Shown here: in pieces, positions 10,901-20,816 of the stretch
Numbering within the stretch: the stretch's first letter is position 1
How the letters are laid out: every line of letters starts with the position of its first letter
NCBI GenBank assembly: GCA_032718475.1
Contig: JAUCBJ010007799.1
Coordinates: 1 to 39,071, forward strand
Origin: Nemertoderma westbladi
Lineage: Eukaryota > Animalia > Xenacoelomorpha
DNA length: 39,071 nt
Direction of reading: 5' to 3'
Made by a program: the position numbers and the translations under genes
The notes under the pieces: generated by a model
The model's database searches: none
The model's input: the letters and a program-made list of their open reading frames with translations, nothing else
What the model was told of the DNA's origin: nothing

Positions 10901-11924
10901 AGCCCAACCAAATCCAGCCGATCGCTCAGGGCAACCCGCAGTTCAACTATTAAGGGATATCTCAATGAGACTGAGACTGCCGCCCCAGGCACCAACAACC
11001 TTCGATGGGGACCCAACAAGATTCATCAGTTTCATCCAGAACTTCCACGATAGGGTGCATATCAGTGACATCAGCGACTCAGAGAAACTAAGTATGCTGC
11101 TGATGTACACCTGCGGACCACCTAGAAGACTAATTGAAAACTACGAAGGTCTACAAGGGGGTTATGCAAAAGCACTACATGTGTTACAAGAAAGGTATGG
11201 ACTACCAAACCTAATTATAGAGAGATCTGTGGCCAAACTGGTAGACCATGAGATGATAGCTGAAAATGACCAGGAAGGACTGCAGGAATACTCGGATGAC
11301 ATTAACAACTCAATCACATTATTACAACATCTAAAACGGCCTCGCGAGCTACATACACAGTCCAACATGAAGAAAATCATGGCCAACTGCCCAGTGCATG
11401 TCCAACGACGGTGGGCAAAAACAGCGTTTCATACGAGAGAAAATCTGAACAGGGAACCAAATTTATTCGAAATGGCATCTTTCATCTACGAAAGTGCATC
11501 GATTCAGAACGAAAATGTGTTTCAAGTGGACGAATCTCGCAAGCACTACCTGCGAAGCCAAAGAAATGAAAAGGAAAGAATTCCTAAAGGTGACATCATA
11601 CCACCAATAAAACAAACTACTCTAGTCGCACCCGTTAGAGCAAAAGAGGGAGCGGACAAAGTACAAAACTATAATCAGCATAGAAATATGCTTGCCACTA
11701 CGCAACGTCCAGGACAGATTATGCAAGGACAACAACACAGCCAACATATTAATAAACAGGACCAAAAATACCAGTATCCAAATAATGGCCCACAGTTCAA
11801 CAATCCTGGAAATATTTTTAGTGCTCAGTCGAAGCCCTACAGCAGCAATAATCAAAATCTGAGGCCAAACTATTCACAAAATGTCGTATACTCTGGCCTA
11901 TTACCTCAACAACAACAACAATGA
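7998..11924 (+). CDS. gag: BEL/Pao Gag region with very long N-terminal extension
   Basis: 1308 aa. A DUF1759-like capsid segment near aa 995-1170 (PTTFDGDPTRFISF..SDSEKLSMLL..LQERYG). N-terminal helical segment (SKKSMGAYKGQLTR) and a coiled-coil. Ends in TGA in frame with the next ORF. Confidence 0.85.
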   Translation: MDVNESIEPSDSVHASGGTSGAVPILAVDPNSPVATVTPSTSGGASAAESIIVTNSSVTTVTPRLAAPIDRVCIPRHPRPTSALRQSHTGRNDNGRERNYSSRSILDRAALVEKYRASKKSMGAYKGQLTRCYNSCGKLPGIGLAEIQDLESTLADAYDRCLSARHTMFSILYRLGDDAELDAFKRESVDIEKRNEQCKSDLSTLFRERNALYRVPMDYTAMTLQPESNEPIGSPLHGETFELSPTVDELHTPICVSTTSPNINAICISTGTQAIQGQVSRQLCSTMLQTNTIGTHNSKSTTTVLSKGPYSLPGESGYHPSALWQHVPIAAGLEQNLVGPEDSTSQRNSKYSKRSSKHSKRRPSPVEELGSEANSETSLSAVWKSERQAELERVRAFQIKSSYVFKVQAATEVADRQAKCAEMQAKIQNQEASDRAELAQLKVKLLKRDRARKLGVESLGGQSESANGGLPLSAPSLGLPRNADDGNNVPITGPTNENPIHVSKASINVTCSANPDTAVPIPNVSTAEVRETETGNGKGREYSVQGMSGSLRNSVQKVIENTGALKSMLHPTQHYTLTDRREWGSEHEIEHKTDLESGQAETDSRQATLGNNWRGALGDGLTMTKPTVGDLTNLGSSKVSNTKELVSETIKTSTLAQHNARSVRANAQTHPPDKSEYVSRKELETTIAHMLNSIELNSKGQTHAYQGTAPDTMHSVLQRKQLCSNEQKQLPKLSPILEAGESITSYEQCVFCDSHGPVSTVYYTEEGTAFHRYYDGNKVTALTHPTSALPAQNSPGNMHRHAFGNQKGTTTVIEIQAAQKSGPSHENSGQATRITTGPTINGQSHIETSRQKQPTTSMGAPVNELDGLSAIFNPEGVQSNYLSSNGQGQYGRKGPSNPVAVNRIGDEGSSRSRHHLNSAVDNEVDDRQEFNASRRANDSATEIFNRLLRSCDAPPHDYLQPVNPDAISAQPNPADRSGQPAVQLLRDISMRLRLPPQAPTTFDGDPTRFISFIQNFHDRVHISDISDSEKLSMLLMYTCGPPRRLIENYEGLQGGYAKALHVLQERYGLPNLIIERSVAKLVDHEMIAENDQEGLQEYSDDINNSITLLQHLKRPRELHTQSNMKKIMANCPVHVQRRWAKTAFHTRENLNREPNLFEMASFIYESASIQNENVFQVDESRKHYLRSQRNEKERIPKGDIIPPIKQTTLVAPVRAKEGADKVQNYNQHRNMLATTQRPGQIMQGQQHSQHINKQDQKYQYPNNGPQFNNPGNIFSAQSKPYSSNNQNLRPNYSQNVVYSGLLPQQQQQ

Positions 11925-14900
11925 ATGCAAACTACTCCAAGACAGCTACCCGGAGTATCTAGACCACTAAAATGTATATTTTGCAATGAACTAGGCCATC
12001 GGGTATACTCATGCAGAAAGTTTTCAGAGTTAAGTTATGACGAACGCCTGGCATATGTGCAATCAAAGGCAATGTGTGACTACTGTCTAGGGGTGCACCC
12101 GAGGGAGTCGTGCAGAACTGTAGGGAAATGTGCACTCTGCAGTGACGCCACACACCACTCACTACTACATCCATCCACAGGGAGATCTAAAGAAAAGACT
12201 GACAAAGAACAGCATCCAGGTGATAACAAGGTCGTACTAGTACTGAGAACCACTGACGACTACACCAGTATGTTACCCGTTATTCCAATACGGATTACAA
12301 ACCCTGATGGAGCAAAATGGAGCGTTACAGCCTACGCGATATTGGACTCTGGAGGCTCTACGTGCTTCATTGATAAAGAGGCAGCAAAACTGATCAGGCC
12401 TATGGTAAAATATAGAAATATTCTGGTTGGCGCTCTGTTTGGAGAAGAACAAGAAATGCAAGTGGGGCAAATCACCTGCAGCGTCACTGCCGTTATGAAA
12501 GGATATGAGGCGGAAATAATGATCCATAATGTTAATGTGCATGAGGGCATGCATTTCGATAGTCAGATGCCAGATAAAACGATGACAAGGTGGCCTCATC
12601 TAGATGATCTAAAGGAAAAACTAGACTACCCAGAAGTAGACATTCATCGTATTGTAATGATAATTGGCGTTAATGTTCCTATGGCACACTATCGCAAACA
12701 GCAACGTTGGGGTAATCCATTTAAAAACGAACCCTTTGCAATAGAAACCATCTTTGGCTGGTGTCTAGCCGGCCCAAAGAAAGCTAATGTAATGCTAGAA
12801 CGTCGTTGTGCAGCACTATCTAATACAGCCGGACTTTGTAACGAGGATGCAGTTATTTACGACCCTATCAATTCTCCATTAGTAACTGAACCGGATAAAG
12901 ACCTAAACCGTCATCTACATCACTTCTGGTCACTGGAGGGGCAGGGATTTAACACCCCATCAGAAATTACTCGGAGAACCCCAGAGGATAATCGTGTTGT
13001 GGAATTGCAAAAACAGATAGTGCTGTTGCCAGAGGCTCACTACCAAGCCCCGTTACTATGGAAACTGGAACAACCCATACTAATAAATAACTATTTACTG
13101 GCCCTAAGTAGACTCAATAGCTTACAGAAACGTTTCTCGAGGAACCCAGGGAAGGAGAAGGAATATCGAGGAATACTACAGACTTACCTAGACAAGGGCT
13201 ATGCAAGGAAGATGAACTCTAATGAACTGGTAAATTCTAGAACCACATACTACCTACCTCACCACTACGTAGTTAACCCCAACAAGGAGAAAATTAGAAT
13301 CGTATTCGACGCTGCAGCAGTTTACAAGGGGCAATCACTGAATTCCCAATTGCTTGACGGACCATCTCAGACCAGTCTACTACTTGGAGTTCTAATTCGT
13401 TTTCGACTTGAGAAAGTAGCCTTTGCCTGCGATATAGAGGCCATGTACTACCAGATAAGGGTCCCTGAAAAAGATGCAGATAGCCTACGTTTTTTATTTT
13501 ATGATGAGGGTAGGGAGACTACACCAGAGATATACCAGATGCTAGTAAATCCCTTTGGAGCCAAGTCCTCGCCAAGCAACGCGGGAGCCACACTAAGACG
13601 CGTAGCAAATGACAATAAAAATAGTTTCTCAAAGGAGGCAATAAAAACCATACTAAGATACTTCTATGTTGACGATGGTATGAAATCCTGCAGATGTTAC
13701 AAAACCGCACTTGAACTAGCTGATGAACTGATAAGATGTCTAGCAATGGGTGGGTTCAACTTGACTAAGTTTATGAGCAACTCGAAAGAATTCATGGCAG
13801 CGATTCCAAAAGAGCTTCGAGCAGGGCCAGATATAGACCTAGATTTGGATAATCTTCCAATAGCCAGAGCGCTCAGACTCAAATGGGATACACATAATGA
13901 TACAATCGCCATACAGTCAGTTCCACGCCGAGGAGCAAAGACTAAGAGAGACTGTATATCTATCATCGCAAGTATATATGATCCTTTGGGATTCATCGGC
14001 CCTGTCGTACTAATAGGAAAGAGGTTTATGAGAGAATTAACCCTAACCACACCAGGCTGGGACGATAATCTAAGTAATGACTTTCTGGAACGCTGGGAGA
14101 CCTGGGTGGACCAGCTGCATCTAGTCAATCAAGTCAAGTTTGCAAGACCGTATTTTCCAGATAGGGATGACTCAGATTGGATAGAGCTGCATACATTCTG
14201 CGACGCATGTGAGACTGGCTACGGAGCAGTAGCGTACTTAAGGAAGTTGATGATGAAGGAACCTATACCATTAGAGCCAGTGCTGACTGAGCAACTTGAT
14301 GAGCTGGAGCGCACAGCTATGACTGCCTTTGTAGCCTCGAAAACACGGACATCTCACTACAAGTTTATATCAATACCAAGGAAGGAACTCCAATCTGCCG
14401 TTTTAGCAATCCAACTTGCAAGGACCATCCTGGAGGAAATAGATATTAAAATCAACCAAGCACACTACTGGAGTGACTCACGAACAACCCTAAACTATAT
14501 AGCAAACGAGGGAAGGAGGTATCCCACCTTCATACTGAACCGAGTACACGAAATTACATCCGTATCGAGACCAGACCAATGGCACCACGTTAGGGGTAAG
14601 GACAACCCAGCTGATATGGCAAGTAGGGGAGCATTTCCGCGAGAGTTCATCAAAAGCTTCAAGATATGGAGTGAAGGGCCACGATTTCTTCTAACCAGTC
14701 AGACAGAATGGCCATCAGCAGACTTCATGTATATGGGGAAGCAGCCAGAACCAGGTATGGAGTTAAAGAAAAACCCCTTGCCAGGGGACATGAACCCAAG
14801 GGACGACGTACCATACATACATGAACCTGAACTAGACAATGCGGTGGAGGCACGAACAGATTTTCGCCGAAAACAACTAAAAAGAATCCCAGAACCAACA

Positions 14901-16922
14901 CAAAGTAGGAAAGAAGTACGTAAAGCATGTGCGCTAGTCATGATCAAAGAAGGTACGATAGTTCATGAGCAGGACCACGCAGCAGATACCAAAGAGCCAG
15001 AACCGGTGGCTGCCACGGAACTGCATAATCCAAATGGGACAAACAATGTTGGTGACCCAATGTCTTGGGTTCTACAGGCTTTAATAAACGATACAATCGT
15101 GGATCACCCACTCACGGAAGCGGTTGGGGACCATACTGCGTTTAAACCAGACGACAGTTTAAGAGACGAGAGGAGAGTGGACGAAATGTCCTACCAGGAT
15201 CTCATAGACTATGAAAAGTCTGTACTGTCTAAGCAGAAGGTAGATGTTATGTTAGCAACGAAGAGACCGTTAGCTGAAAACAACCTATTGGAAAAAATCT
15301 TGAACTCTAACGAAAAACTGGAAAAGGCCATCCAACGTGTGGCATGGCTTTCTAGATATAAAATATGGATGCAGCAAGTCGCACTTGTTAGGAAAGCAGA
15401 ACGTCAAGAGCACGAAGTAAATTTCGGGACAACCGCAACAACTCACCGTAGACCTCTGCAATATTACTCAGACTCCATAATGAAAGCAACGCCAAACAGT
15501 TGGGGAAAGGGTAGACTAAGCGTGAGAGAACGTCTGCTGGCAGAAAGGCAACTACTGCAACATTCACAGGAAATTGAATTTCCTACTGAGTTAAACAAAC
15601 TACGAGGTGGAGCAGCTGTACTTAAATCCAGCCCGTTATATAAACTAAATCCCTTCCTGGATGAAAACCATATACTACGAATGGGGAGTAGAATTGTACA
15701 GGCTCCGGTAGACCGCGACATGAAGGAGCCGATAATCCTCCATTCAAAGGGTCTTATGGCCAGAATGGTCATCACGCAGCTGCACCGACACAACTTGCAC
15801 GCAGGCCGAGAGCATACCGTGGCAAGCGTTAGGAAGCGTTTCTGGATCATAGGTGGACAAGCACTAGTCAAGAAAATCCTATCTAGATGCATAACCTGTA
15901 AAAAAATACACCCCAGAGCCATGAAACAACTGATGGCGCCCCTACCTCTAGACAGGATAACCGCATTCGAACCCTGTTTTACCTACTGTGGATGTGACTA
16001 CTGGGGGCCTATGTACGTAACAAGAGGAAGGGGTACAGAGAAACGATGGGGGACAATCTTCACTTGCCTGACCAGCCGGGCCGTGGCCCTCGACATTGCA
16101 CGCGATGCATCTGCGGCGTCGTTTATTAATGTTTATCGACGATTTATATGCGCACACGGCGATGTGAAACTAATACGATCCGTTAATGGAACCAATTTTG
16201 TTGGGGCCGAGCGAGAACTGCGTGAAGCAATGACGAAGTGGAACAGTGGTATAATAAGTAAACAAATAGGACCTGGGACCGAGTGGGAATTTCAAGTTCC
16301 ATACGCATCGCATACAAGTGGGGTTTGGGAGAGACAAATAGGAATAGTAAAGAGTGGACTGAAAGCAACACTCGGCAATGCATTAGTTGACGAAGACACA
16401 CTGAGAACGGCCTTAGCAGAGATCGCAAGAATCATGAACTCTAGACCATTGTGCGCCGCAACCGATGATCCAACGGCGGACCAACCACTCACACCAAATG
16501 ACCTCCTACTCAGACGGCCTGCTTCACGAGTTCCGGGGCAATTTGACACCGACGCCATCTACGCACGCAGGACGTGGGAACAGGGACAGCAACTTGCACA
16601 TATCTTCTGGACTCGGTACTTAGACGAATATCTTCCACTACTGTGTGAGCGACAACGGTGGTTTACTCGGGAGCGCAACTTGCAGCCAGGCGACCTAGTC
16701 CTAGTAATGAGTGACACTAAGGATCGAGGTGCATGGGTAACGGCCATTGTGGAGTCAGTGAATATGGGAAACGACGGTTTGGTAAGATCAGCGAGAGTGC
16801 GTTACAATGGATCGACATACCTTCGTCATATAACGAAGTTATGCCTGTTAGAAGGTGTAACATTTCCATCTGGCGGGACAGTTATAGAAAACAGTAAAGG
16901 TCGGCCAGCGAACGACGGCTAA
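11925..16922 (+). CDS. pol: BEL/Pao nucleocapsid-protease-RT-RNase H-integrase polyprotein
   Basis: Three Cys/His knuckles (CIFC..H..C, CDYC..H..C, CALC..HHSLLH). Protease ILDSGG. RT YYLPHH, KIRIVFDA, FYVDDG. RNase H HTFCDA, IPRKEL, WSDS, NPADMASRG. Integrase H..H/CITC, CDYWGP, RSVNGTNF, GVWER. Confidence 0.95.
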   Translation: MQTTPRQLPGVSRPLKCIFCNELGHRVYSCRKFSELSYDERLAYVQSKAMCDYCLGVHPRESCRTVGKCALCSDATHHSLLHPSTGRSKEKTDKEQHPGDNKVVLVLRTTDDYTSMLPVIPIRITNPDGAKWSVTAYAILDSGGSTCFIDKEAAKLIRPMVKYRNILVGALFGEEQEMQVGQITCSVTAVMKGYEAEIMIHNVNVHEGMHFDSQMPDKTMTRWPHLDDLKEKLDYPEVDIHRIVMIIGVNVPMAHYRKQQRWGNPFKNEPFAIETIFGWCLAGPKKANVMLERRCAALSNTAGLCNEDAVIYDPINSPLVTEPDKDLNRHLHHFWSLEGQGFNTPSEITRRTPEDNRVVELQKQIVLLPEAHYQAPLLWKLEQPILINNYLLALSRLNSLQKRFSRNPGKEKEYRGILQTYLDKGYARKMNSNELVNSRTTYYLPHHYVVNPNKEKIRIVFDAAAVYKGQSLNSQLLDGPSQTSLLLGVLIRFRLEKVAFACDIEAMYYQIRVPEKDADSLRFLFYDEGRETTPEIYQMLVNPFGAKSSPSNAGATLRRVANDNKNSFSKEAIKTILRYFYVDDGMKSCRCYKTALELADELIRCLAMGGFNLTKFMSNSKEFMAAIPKELRAGPDIDLDLDNLPIARALRLKWDTHNDTIAIQSVPRRGAKTKRDCISIIASIYDPLGFIGPVVLIGKRFMRELTLTTPGWDDNLSNDFLERWETWVDQLHLVNQVKFARPYFPDRDDSDWIELHTFCDACETGYGAVAYLRKLMMKEPIPLEPVLTEQLDELERTAMTAFVASKTRTSHYKFISIPRKELQSAVLAIQLARTILEEIDIKINQAHYWSDSRTTLNYIANEGRRYPTFILNRVHEITSVSRPDQWHHVRGKDNPADMASRGAFPREFIKSFKIWSEGPRFLLTSQTEWPSADFMYMGKQPEPGMELKKNPLPGDMNPRDDVPYIHEPELDNAVEARTDFRRKQLKRIPEPTQSRKEVRKACALVMIKEGTIVHEQDHAADTKEPEPVAATELHNPNGTNNVGDPMSWVLQALINDTIVDHPLTEAVGDHTAFKPDDSLRDERRVDEMSYQDLIDYEKSVLSKQKVDVMLATKRPLAENNLLEKILNSNEKLEKAIQRVAWLSRYKIWMQQVALVRKAERQEHEVNFGTTATTHRRPLQYYSDSIMKATPNSWGKGRLSVRERLLAERQLLQHSQEIEFPTELNKLRGGAAVLKSSPLYKLNPFLDENHILRMGSRIVQAPVDRDMKEPIILHSKGLMARMVITQLHRHNLHAGREHTVASVRKRFWIIGGQALVKKILSRCITCKKIHPRAMKQLMAPLPLDRITAFEPCFTYCGCDYWGPMYVTRGRGTEKRWGTIFTCLTSRAVALDIARDASAASFINVYRRFICAHGDVKLIRSVNGTNFVGAERELREAMTKWNSGIISKQIGPGTEWEFQVPYASHTSGVWERQIGIVKSGLKATLGNALVDEDTLRTALAEIARIMNSRPLCAATDDPTADQPLTPNDLLLRRPASRVPGQFDTDAIYARRTWEQGQQLAHIFWTRYLDEYLPLLCERQRWFTRERNLQPGDLVLVMSDTKDRGAWVTAIVESVNMGNDGLVRSARVRYNGSTYLRHITKLCLLEGVTFPSGGTVIENSKGRPANDG

Positions 16923-17055
16923 GTTGGAACTATTTTTGAACTCATTTAAACTATTTGTTCATTTACTACTACACTGTTGTTTGTTTTTTTGTACGTCTGA
17001 AGATATATATGAAGCAAGAAACAGATACGACTTCAGAAAGGATTTGCGGCGTCCA

Positions 17056-17150
17056 TATAACCTAGCAACCGTATGTATATGTAACCTAGCAATGTGATGT
17101 GTATATATGTAACTTAGCAACATGATGTATGTAATGTAACCTAGCAACAC
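17056..17150 (+). repeat. Short ~23-27-bp tandem repeat in the BEL 3' UTR
   Basis: Four copies of the TAAC(C/T)TAGCAA core with TATGT-rich spacers. Confidence 0.7.
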
Positions 17151-18266
17151 TGATACGGGCGACAACCGACATATGATAAACTATTATAAAATGGTGACAA
17201 TTTTGTTGTATGAAACTACGAGTGCAAAATCGGATGCATACACCTCCGCATCAGCTAACTACGTAAATCATGGTACTGGAACTAAACGTTGAATAAACTT
17301 TAATGCTGAGGGCGCAAACGCGTGAGCTGGTCACCATGCCAGGGGACGTGGTATAATAGCCCAAACAAACTTTATGTATATTTATTATTATGGTGCGTGG
17401 TGATATCAGTTTCAATTAATCTCGCTAACTGAATCTCGCTAACGCTAATTACTACTAAATAATTGGATTGTCGGGGTCTAACGTGGCACAGACATGACAG
17501 TGACGGGGGACTTATGTAGTTCAGGATGATTTCATTGTAACATTCACAAAACGTAACTAATATCATTCATTTTACTTTTTAATGCAACTTCGATGATGGA
17601 TTAACTAAGTAACCCATATAGTCTACATCGAGAGGAGGCCTTGGCGCAACATGGTGGCGGGACATTCAAACTCAAACTGAAAGATTTCTCATCTATCAAC
17701 GAACTCATGAGCGAACATGGTGACTGATAAAACGGCGATGGTGGACTCAATCACGGACTCTGGTGGACTCAACCTCGAACTTAGAGTCAGAACTCGGTGA
17801 AGGATTGGTTAACATGTTCGGTCACTTTGTAGAACGATATTTGTACTATCTATATATACGTCTATCTGTAGTTTATTTACTGATATTGTTATTTTTGATT
17901 AAGCTTGGTGTTATGTACTTACCGGAATTATTTTCTATGTAATAACTTGTAATTTTGGTGCTATATACTTACCGGCATCGTTCTTTTTCGTAATAACTTG
18001 TGTGCACGGTGCACGGATTGTTATTTTTGGGGGGCTTAGTTAGGCTGAGTAAGGGAATGGGGTAACCACATAGACACAGCGGGTGGGGTGTTCTTACACA
18101 ATCTTATAAACAAATTTCGCGGCCAAAGGGGGGTTTAAAAAAAAAAAAACTGAAAGATTTACTTTCAGTTTGAAAATAGCTTAGGGAAGTGCAGTTATCC
18201 TTTGATGCTGTATCTTTGGGTTTATAAAAAATAAGTTTTTTCAAAAAAATATTTTTTAGGGTGCAC

Positions 18267-19282
18267 TGTATTGTCCATCCTCTCTCCAATAAGCTTTTCG
18301 CGAACTAATATGCATTCCATTTATATTTACTGGTGATATCTACTTAGCAACGAAATCTTAGGCCCATAATATTACTGTGCGATTATATTTGCTCTGATTA
18401 GAGGTAGCCATAGCTTTGGTTCCGGCGCTTAACAAACTCGATAATTAATAGCCGAGCCAATAGCAGGGGTTTATACTTAGTTTAATGTTACACTTCATAC
18501 AACAGGTTGACCTCTGTACAGAGTAGCTCCCATAAGTATAGTACACTCTATTCCTCAGGTGTCATTAATTCACGTTGTCAGTATGTAGGTAGATAGCTTG
18601 TCGGTTTGTGCTGTCATCTATTTAGCAGTGCAGTACGGTACTTTGGCCATCTAAGGCCTACAGTCATAGCGGTCACTTAATTTGGTTACCGCACATCCTC
18701 ATGCACGCGCTCATGCACGCGCTCACGCACGCACGAATCATATTCAAATGCAGTTCTGTTGTTCAATGGTGCTATTATCTCATTGTCAGCGTGAGCAGTT
18801 TGGAGAATCTAATTAATTACAAACTTTGGAAGCCGTGTCTATCTGGTCTGTTGTGCTGGGTTTTCATTGTGCTGTGCAGATTATTAAATGCCGGTAAGTC
18901 ACCTTTCTGTTATTTCAATATTGTTACGTTTGTAAATCAGTAAATGTAAATGTGGGACATTAGTTTCTAGGCTTATTCTGCTTATAAGATATTATAGATA
19001 CATTTTTATACAATGAACCACTCTGCAATTTTCACATCCTTATCCCCATAGCTAGATCCCTAACAGCCTGCTGTAAGAGTTTAAACCAAACACATCCCCA
19101 GCCTCACAATTCGTGCGCGTGAACCAGTGACCCTGCGTTGACTTTAGGCTGCTGCACTGCACATCGGGCAGTCGGGCTGGAGATCCAAGCCAACCAGTGG
19201 GCCGCTTCTCGCCTGGGGAGATATATTCGCCAGGTCCTCACAGTTTTACCCATATGACCCATAGCGGTCACTAACCCTGACA
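18267..19282 (+). repeat. 3' LTR (1016 bp)
   Basis: TGTATTGTCC...CCCTGACA, followed by the TSD GTGGC. Confidence 0.97.
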
Positions 19283-19321
19283 GTGGCGGACATTGGCCGT
19301 CCAATGCTGCAATAAATTTTA

Positions 19322-20816
19322 CTAGTGACGGGCCTAGCGGCCCGATAAGGAACCGACTTTTTATTTCAAATAAAAGAGACAACGAGAATTATTATAGAAC
19401 TAATAATTATGTAAAAATACAATCATATTTCATACAATAATTATTAATAAATTCGATCTATTATTAGTTACTCAATTCTAGAACAAAATCGACCTGCAAC
19501 TAGTGAAGACCTCGTTTTGGAATTTCGAAACCACGCTGGTGCGATGCGCGATATCGTGTTTAGTTAATAAATTGAAAACTCCATCAATTCATGTGCAACC
19601 AGTAATAAGAAATCGCGATAAATGTAATTAAATAAAAATTATTCTAGAAAAATTTTCCTCAAAAAATATGAAGTCTTGGCGTTGGTGACGCGAAACTAGG
19701 CTAGTGAGATTCAGGATATTGCGTTTAATATAAAAATCGAAAACGCTATCGAATTCCGTAAAGCCGTTAATAAAATACTGCAACTTTTTTGAAATTTGTA
19801 AAATTCTCGAACTGGAAAAAATTAATTTTTGAACGGCGCTGTTTGTGGTTTGGAAACATGGATAGGCTGAAAGAGGACATCAAATTAAGTTGAAAAATGA
19901 AAACCCCATCGAATTTGGACAAAGCGTTCCGGAGTTATAGCGGATCGAAAAAAATTGACCCCCCCCCAGTCGCCAAAAATTTACAGTAATTTAAAATTTT
20001 GCAAAAAAAATTTTTTGCGTTATTTTTGATGGCGAATCGATTGGCAGTACTGGCTACGAAAAATTTTTTTTTGAAATTTTTGGTCAGAAAAAAAAACATG
20101 GAAAAAGTATATTTTTAAAAAGATTTGATGTCTTTGCCTATGGTCAGAGAATGATCCAACTCTGTAACATGGCAATCGCTCAAATCCATTCAGCTGAATG
20201 GCACAGTAGAGTAAACTAAAGTAAATTCCCTATACAATGTTCTGAAGGGGTGACTGACAGAGAGTAATCCAACAATAAAACATTTTGCAATAATGTTGGC
20301 ATTAATGTAGCCAACTCACTGTGTACGTAACAGTCATTCAGCTTACATTAGCAGAGTGAGATATTCCCATAGATTGCATTGGGAAGAGTAATTCAGCTGA
20401 GGCGATATTAGATTTCAAACTAAACCAACCAGTTAATAATGTTTGCTTTGACAGAGAGTGGTGGCCTATACAAACAGTATGGGTGTACTGAGTATAATAA
20501 TCTTGGCAACCTCATCGATTTATTACTAAGCCTTCTGTAGAAATGCATTACATAAGCCATTTTTCATCACGACACCAGCTGTTATTGGTGATATTTTACC
20601 ATTGCGCCAATGGCGTTTTTTCGTTTATGTCTATTTTTCGAGCCCACGGCTCATGGACGAAATAGCGGAACATACCAGGGACCTTAGAATCGCGGTATCT
20701 AGCCGCTGTGAAAATTTCATCAAAATCGTTAGAGTAGTTTTGACTGTAGATCAGCCAGCCAGTCAATCAATCAATCAGCCAACAATTCTTACAGTAATGA
20801 ACCTCTCGGTTCCTAA
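19322..20816 (-). mobile_element. Non-autonomous Helentron/HINE (DINE-1-like) element, family A, copy 1
   Basis: On +: CTAG, hairpin CGGGCC-TAGC-GGCCCG (19329-19344) and subTIR AGGAACCGA (19348-19356). At the far end: AAATTTCATCAAAATCG core, (CAGC/CAAT)n microsatellite, palindrome GAACC-TCTC-GGTTC with partner subTIR TCGGTTCCT (20806-20814). No TSD. On the minus strand it ends hairpin + CTAG, as Helitron 3' ends do. Confidence 0.8.

Larger units (their letters stand above)
5948..19282 (+). mobile_element. Complete BEL/Pao LTR retrotransposon, 13,335 bp, young but probably inactivated
   Basis: Near-identical LTRs at 5948-6977 and 18267-19282 with TG..CA ends. 5-bp TSD GTGGC at 5943-5947 and 19283-19287. 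Domain order Gag-PR-RT-RH-IN with BEL/Pao signature motifs. Confidence 0.97.

Noticed and set aside
16923-18266. env-like third ORF in the BEL element
   Set aside because: No plus-strand ORF of 60 aa or more and no recognisable remnant.
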